Assembly (NCBI GenBank): GCA_963803435.1
Contig: CAWDML010000007.1
Coordinates: 288,001 to 352,000 of the forward strand
Origin: an uncultured delta proteobacterium
GTDB taxonomy: Bacteria; Myxococcota; Kuafuiibacteriia; Kuafuiibacteriales; Kuafuiibacteriaceae
DNA length: 64,000 nt
Direction of reading: 5' to 3'
Every line of letters starts with the position of its first letter. Position 1 is the stretch's first letter. The translations under genes were made by a program, and so were the position numbers. Below the pieces are notes generated by a model. The model was not told the origin of the DNA, did not search any database, and saw only the letters and a list, made by a program, of their open reading frames with translations. This document shows, in pieces, positions 53,795-64,000 of the stretch.

Positions 53795-53813
53795 ATGGAG
53801 ACGGAAGCTAGTG

Positions 53814-56800
53814 TCATTCGTCCGCTTTGACGAGCGGGATGTCCAGGAGCGGCGGAATCTCCCGGGCCGACGCAAAGGCGATCTTATAGGGTTTATAGCC
53901 GGGCGCCTCGACGCGCAGCCGGACCTCTCCGCTGGCGGGGAGGTCGTTCAGGAAGATCATCTTTCCCTGCGCGGCCTGCGCATCGTTGATGAACAGCGTG
54001 CCCTCCACCGGCAGATCGATCCGCGGCGGCTGACGCTCGAGATCGACCGTCAGCGTGTACGTCCGCCCGCGTCCGATCCCTTCGGTGATCTCGCGCAGCG
54101 CCCGCTTGTAGCCGTCGAGACGGAACTCGATGAGGTGCCTCTTCTCAGGCTCGACACGAACCAGCAGCGGCGTCTTGCCGGCGACCAGCGATCCGTCGAC
54201 CGTCACCACGGCGCCCTGAGGTCCCGAGTCGAGCTTGAGCTTGGGCCAGAACGTATTGGTGAAGAGCCAGAGGTAGCCGAGCACGGCGAGCAACGAGAGC
54301 GCCACGCCGAACGTTCCGATCACCATCGCGTTGCGGCGGAAGAAGGACTGCGATTGCGGGATCTGGTGCTGGGAGTACGACGGATGGTGCTGCGGATGCG
54401 GCTGCGGCGGATACGGATACTGGTTGGGTGGTGTGTACGGAGGCGGTGCGTGCGGCGCCTGCGGCGGGAACTGCGGAGCGGGTGGCGAGTTGGTTCCGCG
54501 CGACGCGATCGCCCGCCGCGCGGCGGCGTCGTCGGACCAGTCGAGCGAGGAGCCGTCGATCTTCCCCGCGATCCACTTCCCGGTCTCGGGCCCGATGTGG
54601 AGGCTTTCGGGTGGATCCATCGGCCGCGGCTGCACCAGCGGCGGCACGGGCGTGTTGCGCTTGCGCTCCTCTCGGGCCGGCGGCGCCGAGCGCACGTCCT
54701 TGGCCAGCGCCGGACCGTCCTCGCCCATCACGATCCGGAGCGGGCCTTCGATCGGACGCGGAGCATCCGCAGGATCCGCGGGGCCGGCACCGGCGACGTC
54801 CCGCGCCACGGCGTCGGGCTCGCGGACGGAGTCGAGCACCAGCTCTTCCATGCGCAGGCTGGGATCGTCGGGGGTGGATTCATCTCGCACCAGCGCGACG
54901 CCCGGCGAGCCTCGACGCCGGCTCGCTTCGCGCTGCACCTCGGCGGCGTCGATGCCGTCCAGGATGGTGGCGTCGCCGCTGCGATCGTCGGCCTCGGTCG
55001 CGCCACCTTCCCAGTCGTCGTCGCTCCCGAACCGGACCATGTCGTCGAGGGACGACTGCGATCGATGGGCCGTGGGGACGATGGTGGCGGCGTCCGCCAG
55101 CTCGTCGCGATCCACCACCTTCGGGAGCCGAGAGTCGGCCTCGAGGCTCACCATCGAGACCCCGGCGAGCGTCTTGCTGTCGTCGAGGTCCTCGGTCTGG
55201 TCCGCGTAGGCCGCGATGTCGGCCGCGGATACCGCGGGCGTGGCGATCGTCGGCGCGGCGAACTCGTCCTCGTCGTCGACGATCCCCGGAGCGGTCGAGC
55301 CCCCGTCCATGGCGTCGAGCTGGGGCGCGCCGACGGTCGGGTCGTCCCCGAAGTCGAAGCCGCCCGCGATGGTCTGATCGTCGAGGTTCGGCCCCGATCC
55401 CGGCGCGGCCGACGAAGGCAGCGCCGGCTCGGCCATCATGTCCTCGTGCAGCTTATTGCGATCGGTGCTCGACTCCGGAAATCCCATCGCCTCCGGGTTG
55501 CTCTTGCGGCGCGGCGCCGGCTCGTCCTCGTCGGTGTCGGGCCCGCTCGAGGGTGTGGCGGGGTCGTCGCCGGCGGCCGCCTTCTTGATGTCGGCGATCT
55601 TGAGCGAATCCTCGGTCTCGAAGTCGGGATCGACCACCGAGGAAGGTGTCGGATTCGAACGTCATCTCCGGCGTGATCGCCGGGAGCTTGTCCGAAGTGT
55701 CGATGTCGACGTCCGCCGTGTCCGCGAACGCTGCCGCCATCCCGGGCGTGCCCTCCGAGGCCGTCGACTCGTCCTCCGCAATCTTGCGCGCCGGCTTGGC
55801 GGCGAACGCGGACTTTCCGCCGCCGTTCTTCTTGCGGACCCGCTGGAGCAGCTCCTCGAGGACGCGCCGCTCCACGGGCTCGTCGAAGACCTCGCCCGCC
55901 ACCTCCCGGATCCGCTGGGTGAGCAGCCGAGAGCCGCCCTGGACCTCGCGCCGCCAGGTGGCGTTCTGGAGGGTCACGTCCTGCAGCGCGTCGCCGAACG
56001 CCGCCGCCGAGGCCCAGCGGTTCTCGACCTTCGGCTCGAGCGCTTTCATGACGATGTCGCTGAGGTTGTTGGAGATCTCCGGGTTGAACTGCTTCGGCGG
56101 CGGGACCCGCCGCTCCTCGAACATCTGGATCGCCTCCATCACCGCAGCGCCCGCGACGGGGTGGCGGCCGGTGATGAGCATGTACACGCAGACGCCGGCG
56201 CAGAAGATGTCGGCCCGGGCGTCGATCTTCTCGTAGCGCACCATCTCCGGCGCCATGTAGCCAAACTTCCCTTTGAGGACGCCGGCCTGCGTCTGATGGA
56301 TGCGCCCCTTGGCCCGGGCGATGCCGAAGTCGGTGAGCTTCACCTCCCCCTGCGTCGACAAGAGGATGTTCGCAGGCGTGACGTCCCGATGGACGATGTT
56401 GAGCGGCTCCCCCGCATGGTTGACCCGCGTGTGGGCGTACTTCAGGGCCCGGCAGAGCTCGGTCGCGATGTAGAGACCGACGGGGATGTCGGGCTTCTTG
56501 CCGGCGTGGACCCGCGCATCGGCCAGGCGCTCGACGGTGACGCCTTGGACGAACTCCATCGCGATGTAGTAGCGACCTTGGTCCTCCGAGAGATCGAGGA
56601 CCGAGACCACGTTCTGGTGGTTGAGGAACATCGAGATGTTCGCCTCGTCGACCAGCATGTCGACGAACTGGCGATCGATCGCGAGCTCCTCGCGCAGGAC
56701 CTTGAGGGCGACATAGGGTCCAAAACCTACGGGGCCCGCCTTCGCCGCGACGAAGACCTCGCCCATGCCCCCCGCCGCCAGCCGCCTCAGCAGCGTGTAC

Positions 56801-56829
56801 CGGCCGAGGCTGTCCCCCACTTCCGGCAT
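53814..56829 (-). CDS. Ser/Thr kinase with long acidic linker, TM and PEGA domain, apparent +1 frameshift at ~55654
   Basis: LAAGGMGEV, HRDVTPAN, DFG, KGKFGYMAPE; joins as ...TFDPTPSSVVDPDF.... Confidence 0.88.
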
Positions 56830-56870
56830 GTCCGGGCAGTATCGAGCGGCCCGGCGCCGAGGTCCAGACG

Positions 56871-57485
56871 CTAATCCTCTTTGGACGGAGGAAGCCGAGA
56901 AAGCACGAAAGGAAGCGCCGCCTGCAGGACCTCGTCGGGGCTCCGCCGCCCGTCGAGCACGATCGCCCCCTCGAACGCCAGGAAGGCGCGGCGCACCTCC
57001 TCCAGCGTGGCCTCGGACTCGAAGTCGTCGGACGATCGCCGTCGAGCGTTTATCCGCGCCAGCGCCTCGTTCACGGGCAGGTCGACGACGAGCAGCAGAT
57101 CCGGCCGCGGCGCGATCGCTTCGCTCTCGAGGAGCAGCCGGGTGCGATCGAGACCGCGTTGTCCCTGATACGCCACCGTCGAGAAGTAGCTCCGATCCTG
57201 GATCACGATCTCTCCCCGCGCGAGCGCGGGGCGAACCACCTCGGTCACGTGCGCGCGCCGATCCTCGTGAAACAGCTGGAACTCTTCCTCCGGGCTGACC
57301 GCCGAACGGCTGGCCGCCGCCAGCGCCCTGATCCGCCGGCCCAGGGGACCGTCCGTGGGCTCGCGCGTTCGAAATACCCGAAATCCGCGAGCTTCCAGGG
57401 CCTCGCCCAGACCACCGGCGAGCGTGCTCTTGCCTGAGCCATCGATCCCCTCGAGGACGATCAGCCGCCCCGGATCCTCCGCCAT
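56871..57485 (-). CDS. tmk: thymidylate kinase
   Basis: EGIDGSGKST, TREP, DRSYFSTVAYQG, PDL. Confidence 0.93.
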   Translation of the reverse strand: MAEDPGRLIVLEGIDGSGKSTLAGGLGEALEARGFRVFRTREPTDGPLGRRIRALAAASRSAVSPEEEFQLFHEDRRAHVTEVVRPALARGEIVIQDRSYFSTVAYQGQRGLDRTRLLLESEAIAPRPDLLLVVDLPVNEALARINARRRSSDDFESEATLEEVRRAFLAFEGAIVLDGRRSPDEVLQAALPFVLSRLPPSKED

Positions 57486-57502
57486 GGGCGGACTATACTC
57501 CG

Positions 57503-59480
57503 GTGGAGATGGTCGCGACCGCTCTGACGGTCCTGCTGCTCGGCCTGGCGGCGCCCGAAGGGGACGACGATCGACCCTACGTCGAGATCCTTCAGTCGAG
57601 CGGCGCGATCGACGGCCCGGCGGAGGGTGGTCTGGCGGTCCCCCGCTGGGAGCGCGTCCGGCTGGAGCTTCGCGTTGAAAACCGCCTCTCCCACGAGGTC
57701 GACGATCTCGAGCTGGACGTCGCGCTCGTCTCGCCCGGAGACGGAACTTCGGTGATCCCAGGCTGGAGCTTCCGCACCCAGTCCGCCGCCGTCCTCCCGC
57801 CGAAAGAGGTCACCTACCTCCGGATCGCGCGCGAGCTGCCGGCGCGCCGCACCTCGCCGCCCGCCGACGAGATCGCGTACCGGATCCAGATCCGGAGCTA
57901 CAAGCTGCACCCGCCGGACCTGGCCACTGCGATCGAGCTCCTGGGGAGCCCGACCAAGAGCGATCAGCGCGCCGCGCTCGCGAGCTATCAGCCGATGGAC
58001 GACGATGAGGGCGAGAAGGTCCTCGGCGACGAGCTCGCCCTCGCCCTCGCCACCTTGCCATCCTCGCCGGCCGCCTCCGACGGGCTCCGCATGCTCTTCG
58101 CCGTGCACGCCATGGGCTCGCTCCGCGACGCGGACCACGTCGCCAACCTGCTCTACCTCCCCGACACCCTCGATCGCGGCGCCTGGGGCCGCGCGGTGAT
58201 CGATCTCGGCCACCCGCATGGTGGCGGCCTCCGAGGAGGACGAGCCCCGCCTCCGCGTCCTGCCGTCGTGGGCGCGGGAGCAGTCGGCCCTTCTCCGCGT
58301 GCGCGCTGCCGACACGCTCGACGACGCGGCGCGAGACGCGATCCTGCGGATGGGCGACGCCGCCGTCCCGAACCTCCTGCGCCACTCGCACACCGCGCCC
58401 GAGCCCGAGGTCCGCGCCCGGGCCGTCCGCCTGCTCCATGCACTCGGGCGCTCGACCGTGCGCTCGCAGCTCTCGCTCCGCGACCCGAGCGCGCGCCTGG
58501 AGGTGATCGAGGTCCTCGGCGAGCTGGGCTCGCCCGAGCCGGTCTCGGCGCTGGTCGAGATCCTCCGTTCGCGCGATCACGCCCTCTCGAAGGCGGCCGG
58601 CGAAGCGCTCCAGCACATCGGCGCGGCCGCCGTCGACCCGCTCGTCGACGCCCTCGGCACGCCGCGGGACCAGCCCGTCATCGACGTCCTCAAGTCGATC
58701 GGAAAGCGCTCGCCTGACGCTATCCACGCGGCGGCGGCCCGCTACGGGATCACGACCGATCGCCGGGAGAAGCTGCCGGGACAGATCGATCGGCTCCAGC
58801 TCCACCTCCTCGAAGAACAGCGGGCGCGCTTGGTCGCGGAGATCGATCACGCGATCGAGCTCGGCCGCGAGGGCAGCTACACCGAAGCATTCAACCGCCT
58901 CGACGCCGTCTTCACTCAGGACGCCGATCTCTACATGAGCTACGCTCGCCCCATCGCGACGCTCTACGTCGCCCGCGGGCGGCAGCTCTTCGCGCGCGGC
59001 GACTACGACGCCACCATCCAGACGGTAAAGACCGGCCTCTCGATCCACACGACGCCCCACGCCATCGAGCTGTTGACGCACGCGCAGCTCCAGCTGGCGC
59101 TCGGCCTGATCGAGCTCGGCGACCTGGATCGGGCGCAGCAGACCATCGACTCCATCCAGACCGGCGTGCTGACCGCCGAGGTGCGCCGGGTCGAGGGCCA
59201 CCTCCTCGCCAAGACCGCCCGCGCTGCCATCGAGCGGGGCGACTACGGCCGCGCCCGCGCCATGGTCGATCGCGCCCGCGCCATCGACGCCGAGGATCCC
59301 GACCTGGTCCTGGCCGACCGGCGCCTGATGCTCTCCGAAAACCTGGCGGTCGTGATCGTGCTGTCACTCCTCCTCCCGGCGTTTGTGCTCGCGATCGTGG
59401 TCTACATCCGGCGGCGCCTCGATTCGGCCCGTATGGAGCGGCTCGCCACCGCCATCGATCGCGGCGAGCCCGGACGGTGA
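57503..59480 (+). CDS. secreted HEAT/TPR repeat protein with C-terminal TM, apparent +1 frameshift at ~58209
   Basis: Two ORFs join as ...AVIDLATRMVAASEE...; HEAT then TPR repeats; C-terminal TM. Confidence 0.75.
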
Positions 59481-59496
59481 GCCCGCCCGTATAGGC

Positions 59497-61035
59497 ATGC
59501 CGGGGGTGCGGTTTCAGGTCTCGATGCTCGTGCTGCTCGGCGGCGCCGCCTGCGCACCACACCGGGTGGTCACGCCCACGTTCTCGCATCAGCCCGACGT
59601 GCGCCCGCGGAACCTCCGCCACGTCGAGCTGGACCTCTGCGAGTTCAACGTCGCCAACCGCGGGCGGAAGGACCCCCCGGCGGCGGTCGAGGCGCTCCGG
59701 ACCTCGCTCCTCGACTACCTCCACGAGGCGGGCGACTACGGCGCGATCACCGAGTGTCGGCCCGAGGAGCTCGCCGCCGCCACCTCGCTCGAGCGCGTGA
59801 GCATGACCGTGCGGCTGATCCCGGATCACGAGACCTCGCGGAGCTGGTTCCTCGACGCCCTCTTCTTCTACCCGTTCTCCGGCTTCTGGCCGGTCACGCC
59901 GCTCTGGGGCCGCACCCTCGTCCGCGCCCAGGTCGGGCTGAGGACGAGCACCACCGAGCTCGCGCCCGTCGAGGTCCGCGCCAGCGCGCCGTTCTCGATG
60001 ATCTTCTACTCGTGGTATCGAACCGAGCCCGTCGAGGCGGCGTACCGCCGGACCTACGACACCACCTTCCGTGAGATGGCGCGCCGCATCGCCCGCCGGA
60101 TCGACGAGAACCTCCCGCTCGCGCAGCTCGTCATCACCAGCACCCCCGCGCTGCCCAGGCCCAAAGACCCCGACGACGCCGTTCTCAGCCTGGCGATGGA
60201 CGTCCTGGAGTCCGAAGAGATCCACCTTCCCGAACGCGGGTTCCGCGTGATCGCGGAGCCGCTGGCCCACTCCGACAACCTCTTCTATCGGTACGTCGGC
60301 GCGCTCGGCGGGCTCGAGGCCAGCAAGACCGGCGGCGCCGCCATCGTCGAGTCCCGCGCCACGACCCGCTTCTCCGGAGCCGAGACGGTCGGCAGCGGCC
60401 GCGCGACCTCCGACGGCTTCCGCTTCGCGCTCTACCAGCCTCCTGACCGCACCGGGTTCTTCTTTCCGCCGCGGTTCGGCTTCTTCTCGCAGGACATCGA
60501 GATCTCAGGCTTCCGCGAGGCCCTCCCGGTCTTCGGCCAGGGCGCGGGCGCCGACATCCCCGCGGTGGTCACCGATCCCACCACCGGTGTCCCGGTCGAC
60601 ATCAACGCACCGATCACCTACGAGCTGCGGCTCAGGTCGGGCTACCTCGGCCAGGGCGCCGGCTTCAACTTCGTCGCCGGCACGGACGACCTGCAGCTCT
60701 TCAGCACGATCCAGGTCGCGGTCAACGCGTTCGAGGTGCGGCACACAGGCGTGACCATCAACCAGACCAACGTCGCCGGCTACAGCTTCTCGTTCTTCGG
60801 CTCGGGCGAGGTCAGCGCCCAGCTCGGGCTCGCGGTCCCCGCGATCCACCTGGCGATCCGCGGTGCCTGGGAGTTCGAGTGGTTCCGCGCCTTCGGCTAT
60901 CCCGAGCCCCTCGAGTTCCAGGCGAGCGTCGCGTTCAACCCGGACAAGATGGTGTTCGAACGACAGCGTGTGTTCGTCGACGGCGCCACCGTCCTCACCT
61001 TCAACTGGCAGCTCTCGGCCATATACTCCTTCTGA
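59497..61035 (+). CDS. hypothetical lipoprotein with probable C-terminal beta-barrel
   Basis: Lipobox GAAC; amphipathic strands ending FNWQLSAIYSF. Confidence 0.65.
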   Translation: MPGVRFQVSMLVLLGGAACAPHRVVTPTFSHQPDVRPRNLRHVELDLCEFNVANRGRKDPPAAVEALRTSLLDYLHEAGDYGAITECRPEELAAATSLERVSMTVRLIPDHETSRSWFLDALFFYPFSGFWPVTPLWGRTLVRAQVGLRTSTTELAPVEVRASAPFSMIFYSWYRTEPVEAAYRRTYDTTFREMARRIARRIDENLPLAQLVITSTPALPRPKDPDDAVLSLAMDVLESEEIHLPERGFRVIAEPLAHSDNLFYRYVGALGGLEASKTGGAAIVESRATTRFSGAETVGSGRATSDGFRFALYQPPDRTGFFFPPRFGFFSQDIEISGFREALPVFGQGAGADIPAVVTDPTTGVPVDINAPITYELRLRSGYLGQGAGFNFVAGTDDLQLFSTIQVAVNAFEVRHTGVTINQTNVAGYSFSFFGSGEVSAQLGLAVPAIHLAIRGAWEFEWFRAFGYPEPLEFQASVAFNPDKMVFERQRVFVDGATVLTFNWQLSAIYSF

Positions 61036-61490
61036 TGCGACGCTGGTTCCCCCTCCTCGCGCTCCTGGGTCTGACCGCCTGCGCCGAGGGCGGACCTCCC
61101 ACGGTCACGCTCGCGGCCTCCGTCGTCATCGTCAACGAGAGCCAGTACACGCTCGAGGAGCTGCGCGTGCACCGCACCCCCGATTACCGCTCGGCCGACA
61201 ACGTGCTCACGTCTGGCCTCGGGATCGACGAGGATATCCTCTTCTACGGAGACGGTGAGTGGTACCTCACGGTGCTCCGGGAGCGTTACCACCTGGGCCC
61301 GATCCTCGCGTTCACGACCGCGCAGCCGATCGACCTCGAGCGCGAGCGTGGCTACCGCCTCACGGTCTTCGACGAGTCCTTCCGCCTGGAGGACGACACC
61401 TGGCTCGATCCCGGCGCACCGGGGCGTCTGTACTACGGAGATCCGTATCCCGACGGCCGGCCGATCGCCGACGCAGGGGCGCCGGACTGA
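61035..61490 (+). CDS. hypothetical lipoprotein
   Basis: MRRWFPLLALLGLTAC; TGATG overlap with the upstream gene. Confidence 0.75.
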   Translation: MRRWFPLLALLGLTACAEGGPPTVTLAASVVIVNESQYTLEELRVHRTPDYRSADNVLTSGLGIDEDILFYGDGEWYLTVLRERYHLGPILAFTTAQPIDLERERGYRLTVFDESFRLEDDTWLDPGAPGRLYYGDPYPDGRPIADAGAPD

Positions 61491-61519
61491 GAGCATTGGC
61501 CTCGCGAATGAGAGCGACG

Positions 61520-61655
61520 ATCTCCAGAAGAAGCGCATCGGATGAGCTGCCGAGCGACATGCTTGCCAGCGAAGTTCCTTCGCGAGCTCGCGACACCGCC
61601 GAAGAACGCGCCTCGCAAACCTGAGCAACCGATCCGCGATCTCATCGCCCTTCAT
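61520..61655 (-). pseudogene. 5' fragment of four-helix-bundle (23S rRNA IVP-like) protein
   Basis: MKGDEIADRLLRFARRVLRRCRELAK, then after a frameshift NFAGKHVARQLIRCASSG, then truncated. Confidence 0.65.
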
Positions 61656-61694
61656 GAGCTGAAGTGCAAACGGAATCGCGCCCGGTTCTGCGCG

Positions 61695-62384
61695 CTACCC
61701 CGAGCCGAGATCCTCCTTCGCCGAGGTCAACCGCGCGAGCTCTGGGAAGAACTTCCTCATGTTCTTCACCTTCCGATCACCCGCACCGAAGGCCTCGCGG
61801 ATGGTCTCGACCCTGAGATCCGCCGCAAAGTACTCCGGATGCGGATGCGTGTGCGTCGCCAGCAGAAACTCGCATACGGGATCGCACGTCAGCCCGAGCT
61901 GCGCGAGCGCCCAACCGCAGAAGTAGTCGGCCCGCGTCTCCTCCAGGCGACAGATCTCCTCCATCTCCTCCCGCGTCCGCGGCGCTTCGCGCAGGTACTC
62001 GGCCCAGCGACGCGGTCGATGTCCGATCTCGTGGGCGATCACGCCGACCTGCGTGTCGAGGCTGTGCGACCAACCGAACAGGAGCTCGCGCCCGACGTAG
62101 ATCCGACCGTCCTTGTCGATGCTGGCGATCGTCCCCGTCGCCAGCGTGAGCGCGTAGTCCTCCTCCCGATCGCCCGCGAGCCGCGCGAGCTTCTTCCGGT
62201 AGACGTGGAGGCGTGCCATCAGCGCGGCGCTCTCCTCGTCCTCATCGAGGATGCGCGGCTTGGGGCGGCCGAACAGGCTGTCCTGGACCTGCTCGCCGAC
62301 CGACTCGGCGCCTTCCTTGCCGCCGACCCAGTTCGGGCCGTAGGGGCTCCGAGAAACACCGCCGCCGGGAACGCGCGTCGCCAA
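61695..62384 (-). CDS. cytoplasmic zinc-metalloprotease-like protein (HEXXH)
   Basis: GVIAHEIGH, EETRADYF, HP motif (M48-like arrangement). Confidence 0.7.
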   Translation of the reverse strand: MATRVPGGGVSRSPYGPNWVGGKEGAESVGEQVQDSLFGRPKPRILDEDEESAALMARLHVYRKKLARLAGDREEDYALTLATGTIASIDKDGRIYVGRELLFGWSHSLDTQVGVIAHEIGHRPRRWAEYLREAPRTREEMEEICRLEETRADYFCGWALAQLGLTCDPVCEFLLATHTHPHPEYFAADLRVETIREAFGAGDRKVKNMRKFFPELARLTSAKEDLGSG

Positions 62385-62395
62385 CGCCGCCGAGT

Positions 62396-63028
62396 CTACC
62401 TCACTGAGTTGTCACAGAGCAGGGCGCTCACGCCGCTCGTTCGGGCTCGGCGTCCAGCGGTGCGAACGTCGCCAGGACCCTGCGGCACGAGGCCGACACC
62501 GCGCCACCCGACGTCTCCGCCAGGTGCGACAGCTCGAGCCGCGCCTCCTCGGACCATCGGCCACAGAATCTGGAGCGCTCGCACCAGCCGGACAATCATC
62601 GTCTCGTCGGCGCTCACCCGCACGAACGCGCCCGCCCGCCACATCTTGAGCACCCGCCGCCGCAGCAGCCGCACCAGCTGCGGCGGTCCGATCAGGTTCT
62701 CCGGATCGATGGTGTTGAGCGCCTCGATGGCGGCGAGCGCCAGCCCGTCGTCCTCGCGGTCGACCACCGCCCGCATCAGCGCCGGCAGCGCCGGCAGCGC
62801 CGCCGCTCCGATCCGGCCCAGCTGCACCGCCGCCCGCGTCCGGCACTCTCCCGCCGGCTCCTGAACCAGCCGCGCCAGCCCCTCAATCGTCTCCTCGCCG
62901 CGCCCCAGCCCGAACAGCTGCACCGCCGCGCCGAGCCGATCCTCGGCGTGGTCCTCGCCGGCGAGCAGCTGCAGCAGCTCCTCCGCCACGCCGCTCGCGA
63001 CTGCGCGCCGCCCTGCCAGGTCGTCCAT
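62396..63028 (-). CDS. HEAT-repeat protein (3' end possibly decayed)
   Basis: RTRAAVQLGRIGAAALPALPAL...AAIEALNTIDP. Confidence 0.55.
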   Translation of the reverse strand: MDDLAGRRAVASGVAEELLQLLAGEDHAEDRLGAAVQLFGLGRGEETIEGLARLVQEPAGECRTRAAVQLGRIGAAALPALPALMRAVVDREDDGLALAAIEALNTIDPENLIGPPQLVRLLRRRVLKMWRAGAFVRVSADETMIVRLVRALQILWPMVRGGAARAVAPGGDVGWRGVGLVPQGPGDVRTAGRRARTSGVSALLCDNSVR

Positions 63029-63040
63029 GCGCACGGCCTT

Positions 63041-63056
63041 CGCAATGCGCGTGCCG
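63041..63056 (-). promoter_or_regulatory. sigma54 -24/-12 promoter
   Basis: CGGCACGCGCATTGCG; ATG 14 nt after the C. Confidence 0.7.
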
Positions 63057-63181
63057 GCGAGCGCGGGCGCGCGATCGCGGGATCGTCCGAATTCGGTCCG
63101 GATTTCGAACGCGTGTCCGGATTCCGGACGGACATTTCCCCCCGCATCCAACGCTTCCCAACCGCCGTGCGCGCCGACAGT

Positions 63182-64000
63182 ATGGGCGCGGTGAAGCGCC
63201 TCCTCCCGCTCGCTCTCGTCGCGTCCGCCTGCGGCCCCACCGCCGTCGACGTTGCGTCGCTCTCGGATCCGGGTCCCTACGCGGTCGGCTACCGGACGTA
63301 CACGGTCGAGTACACGCCACCGCTCGCGACGGAGCCGCGCCGAACCTTCGTGCTGGTCTGGTACCCGGCCGAGCCCTCGGAGGGAGAGCGGCCGTTTTAC
63401 ACGCTCAGGACGTCGGAGGTCGCGGTGGTCGACGCCCCGCCCGCCGATCTCGGACCCCGCCCGGTCGTCGTCTACTCCCACGGACACCAATCGTATGCGG
63501 CGTCGTTCAGCTACCTGATGGAGCACCTCGCCTCGCACGGCTTCATCGCGATCGCCCCGACGCACACCGGCAACACGTTCATCGACGGCGACCATCGCGA
63601 GACCGACATCTATTACCTGCGCAGCCTCGACGTGAAAGCGTCGCTCGACTACTTCGAGGCCCTGAGCGGCGACCCGCTCAGCGGCCGCTTCGGCCCCAAG
63701 AAGGCGATGACCGGTCACAGCTTCGGCGGATACACGACGTTCGCGTTGACCGGCGCCACCTACCCGATCGACGCCCTGACCGCAGGCTGCGACGCCGGCG
63801 ACGGCAACGACGGCTTCTGCTCCACCCTGACGCCCGACAAGGCCGAGCTCTTCCGCGGCGGCTTCGAGGACCGTCGCTTCTCCGCGGCGGTCACGGTCGA
63901 TCCCGGCGACTTCGAGCTGTTCACCGCGGACGGCGTCGCCCGGGTCGACGTGCCGGTGCTCCACATGATCGCCGACATCAGCACGCCGCAGGATCCCTTC
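63182..64000 (+). CDS. alpha/beta hydrolase lipoprotein (PAF-AH/dienelactone-hydrolase-like), partial
   Basis: Not in ORF track. Manual translation: lipobox ASAC, PGPYAVG, VWYPA, VVYSHG, LASHGF, GHSFGG. Confidence 0.85.
   Translation, partial: MGAVKRLLPLALVASACGPTAVDVASLSDPGPYAVGYRTYTVEYTPPLATEPRRTFVLVWYPAEPSEGERPFYTLRTSEVAVVDAPPADLGPRPVVVYSHGHQSYAASFSYLMEHLASHGFIAIAPTHTGNTFIDGDHRETDIYYLRSLDVKASLDYFEALSGDPLSGRFGPKKAMTGHSFGGYTTFALTGATYPIDALTAGCDAGDGNDGFCSTLTPDKAELFRGGFEDRRFSAAVTVDPGDFELFTADGVARVDVPVLHMIADISTPQDPF

Noticed and set aside
45395-61655. Diversity-generating retroelement suggested by Avd-like fragments
   Set aside because: No reverse transcriptase and no TR/VR pair visible in the window.

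Overview
High-GC window from a Myxococcota/deltaproteobacterial-type genome (inferred from PEGA-domain Ser/Thr kinases, a giant TPR protein and NtrC-family paralogues). The left ~36.6 kb is a compact stress/desiccation-type island: otsB, treZ, treY, two tandem Ku genes with an upstream Cys-rich gene, PoxB-like enzyme, SDR, CBS, ElaB-like, DUF4142/DUF4397/DUF4398 proteins, ClC, GT4 and GGDEF. Reading the intergenic regions by eye shows a correctly oriented sigma54 -24/-12 element (GG-N10-GC) in front of nearly every transcription unit: 23 sites plus one degenerate. The island also encodes three paralogous sigma54 activators, so it looks like a sigma54-run general stress regulon. Ten sigma54 elements (nine in the island, one at 63 kb) have an ATG exactly 14-15 nt after the conserved C, suggesting leaderless mRNAs. 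The right ~27 kb is mostly core or envelope genes (TolC, kinases, gcdH, tmk, TPR/HEAT proteins). It also holds a decayed IS1182-family element with long hexamer-array inverted ends and a four-helix-bundle passenger fragment. Five apparent frameshifts are each repaired by reading GATTC/GAATC as GATC, which points to a systematic sequencing error, possibly methylation-linked. No rRNA, tRNA or CRISPR array was seen. All family assignments are by motif recognition, not database search.
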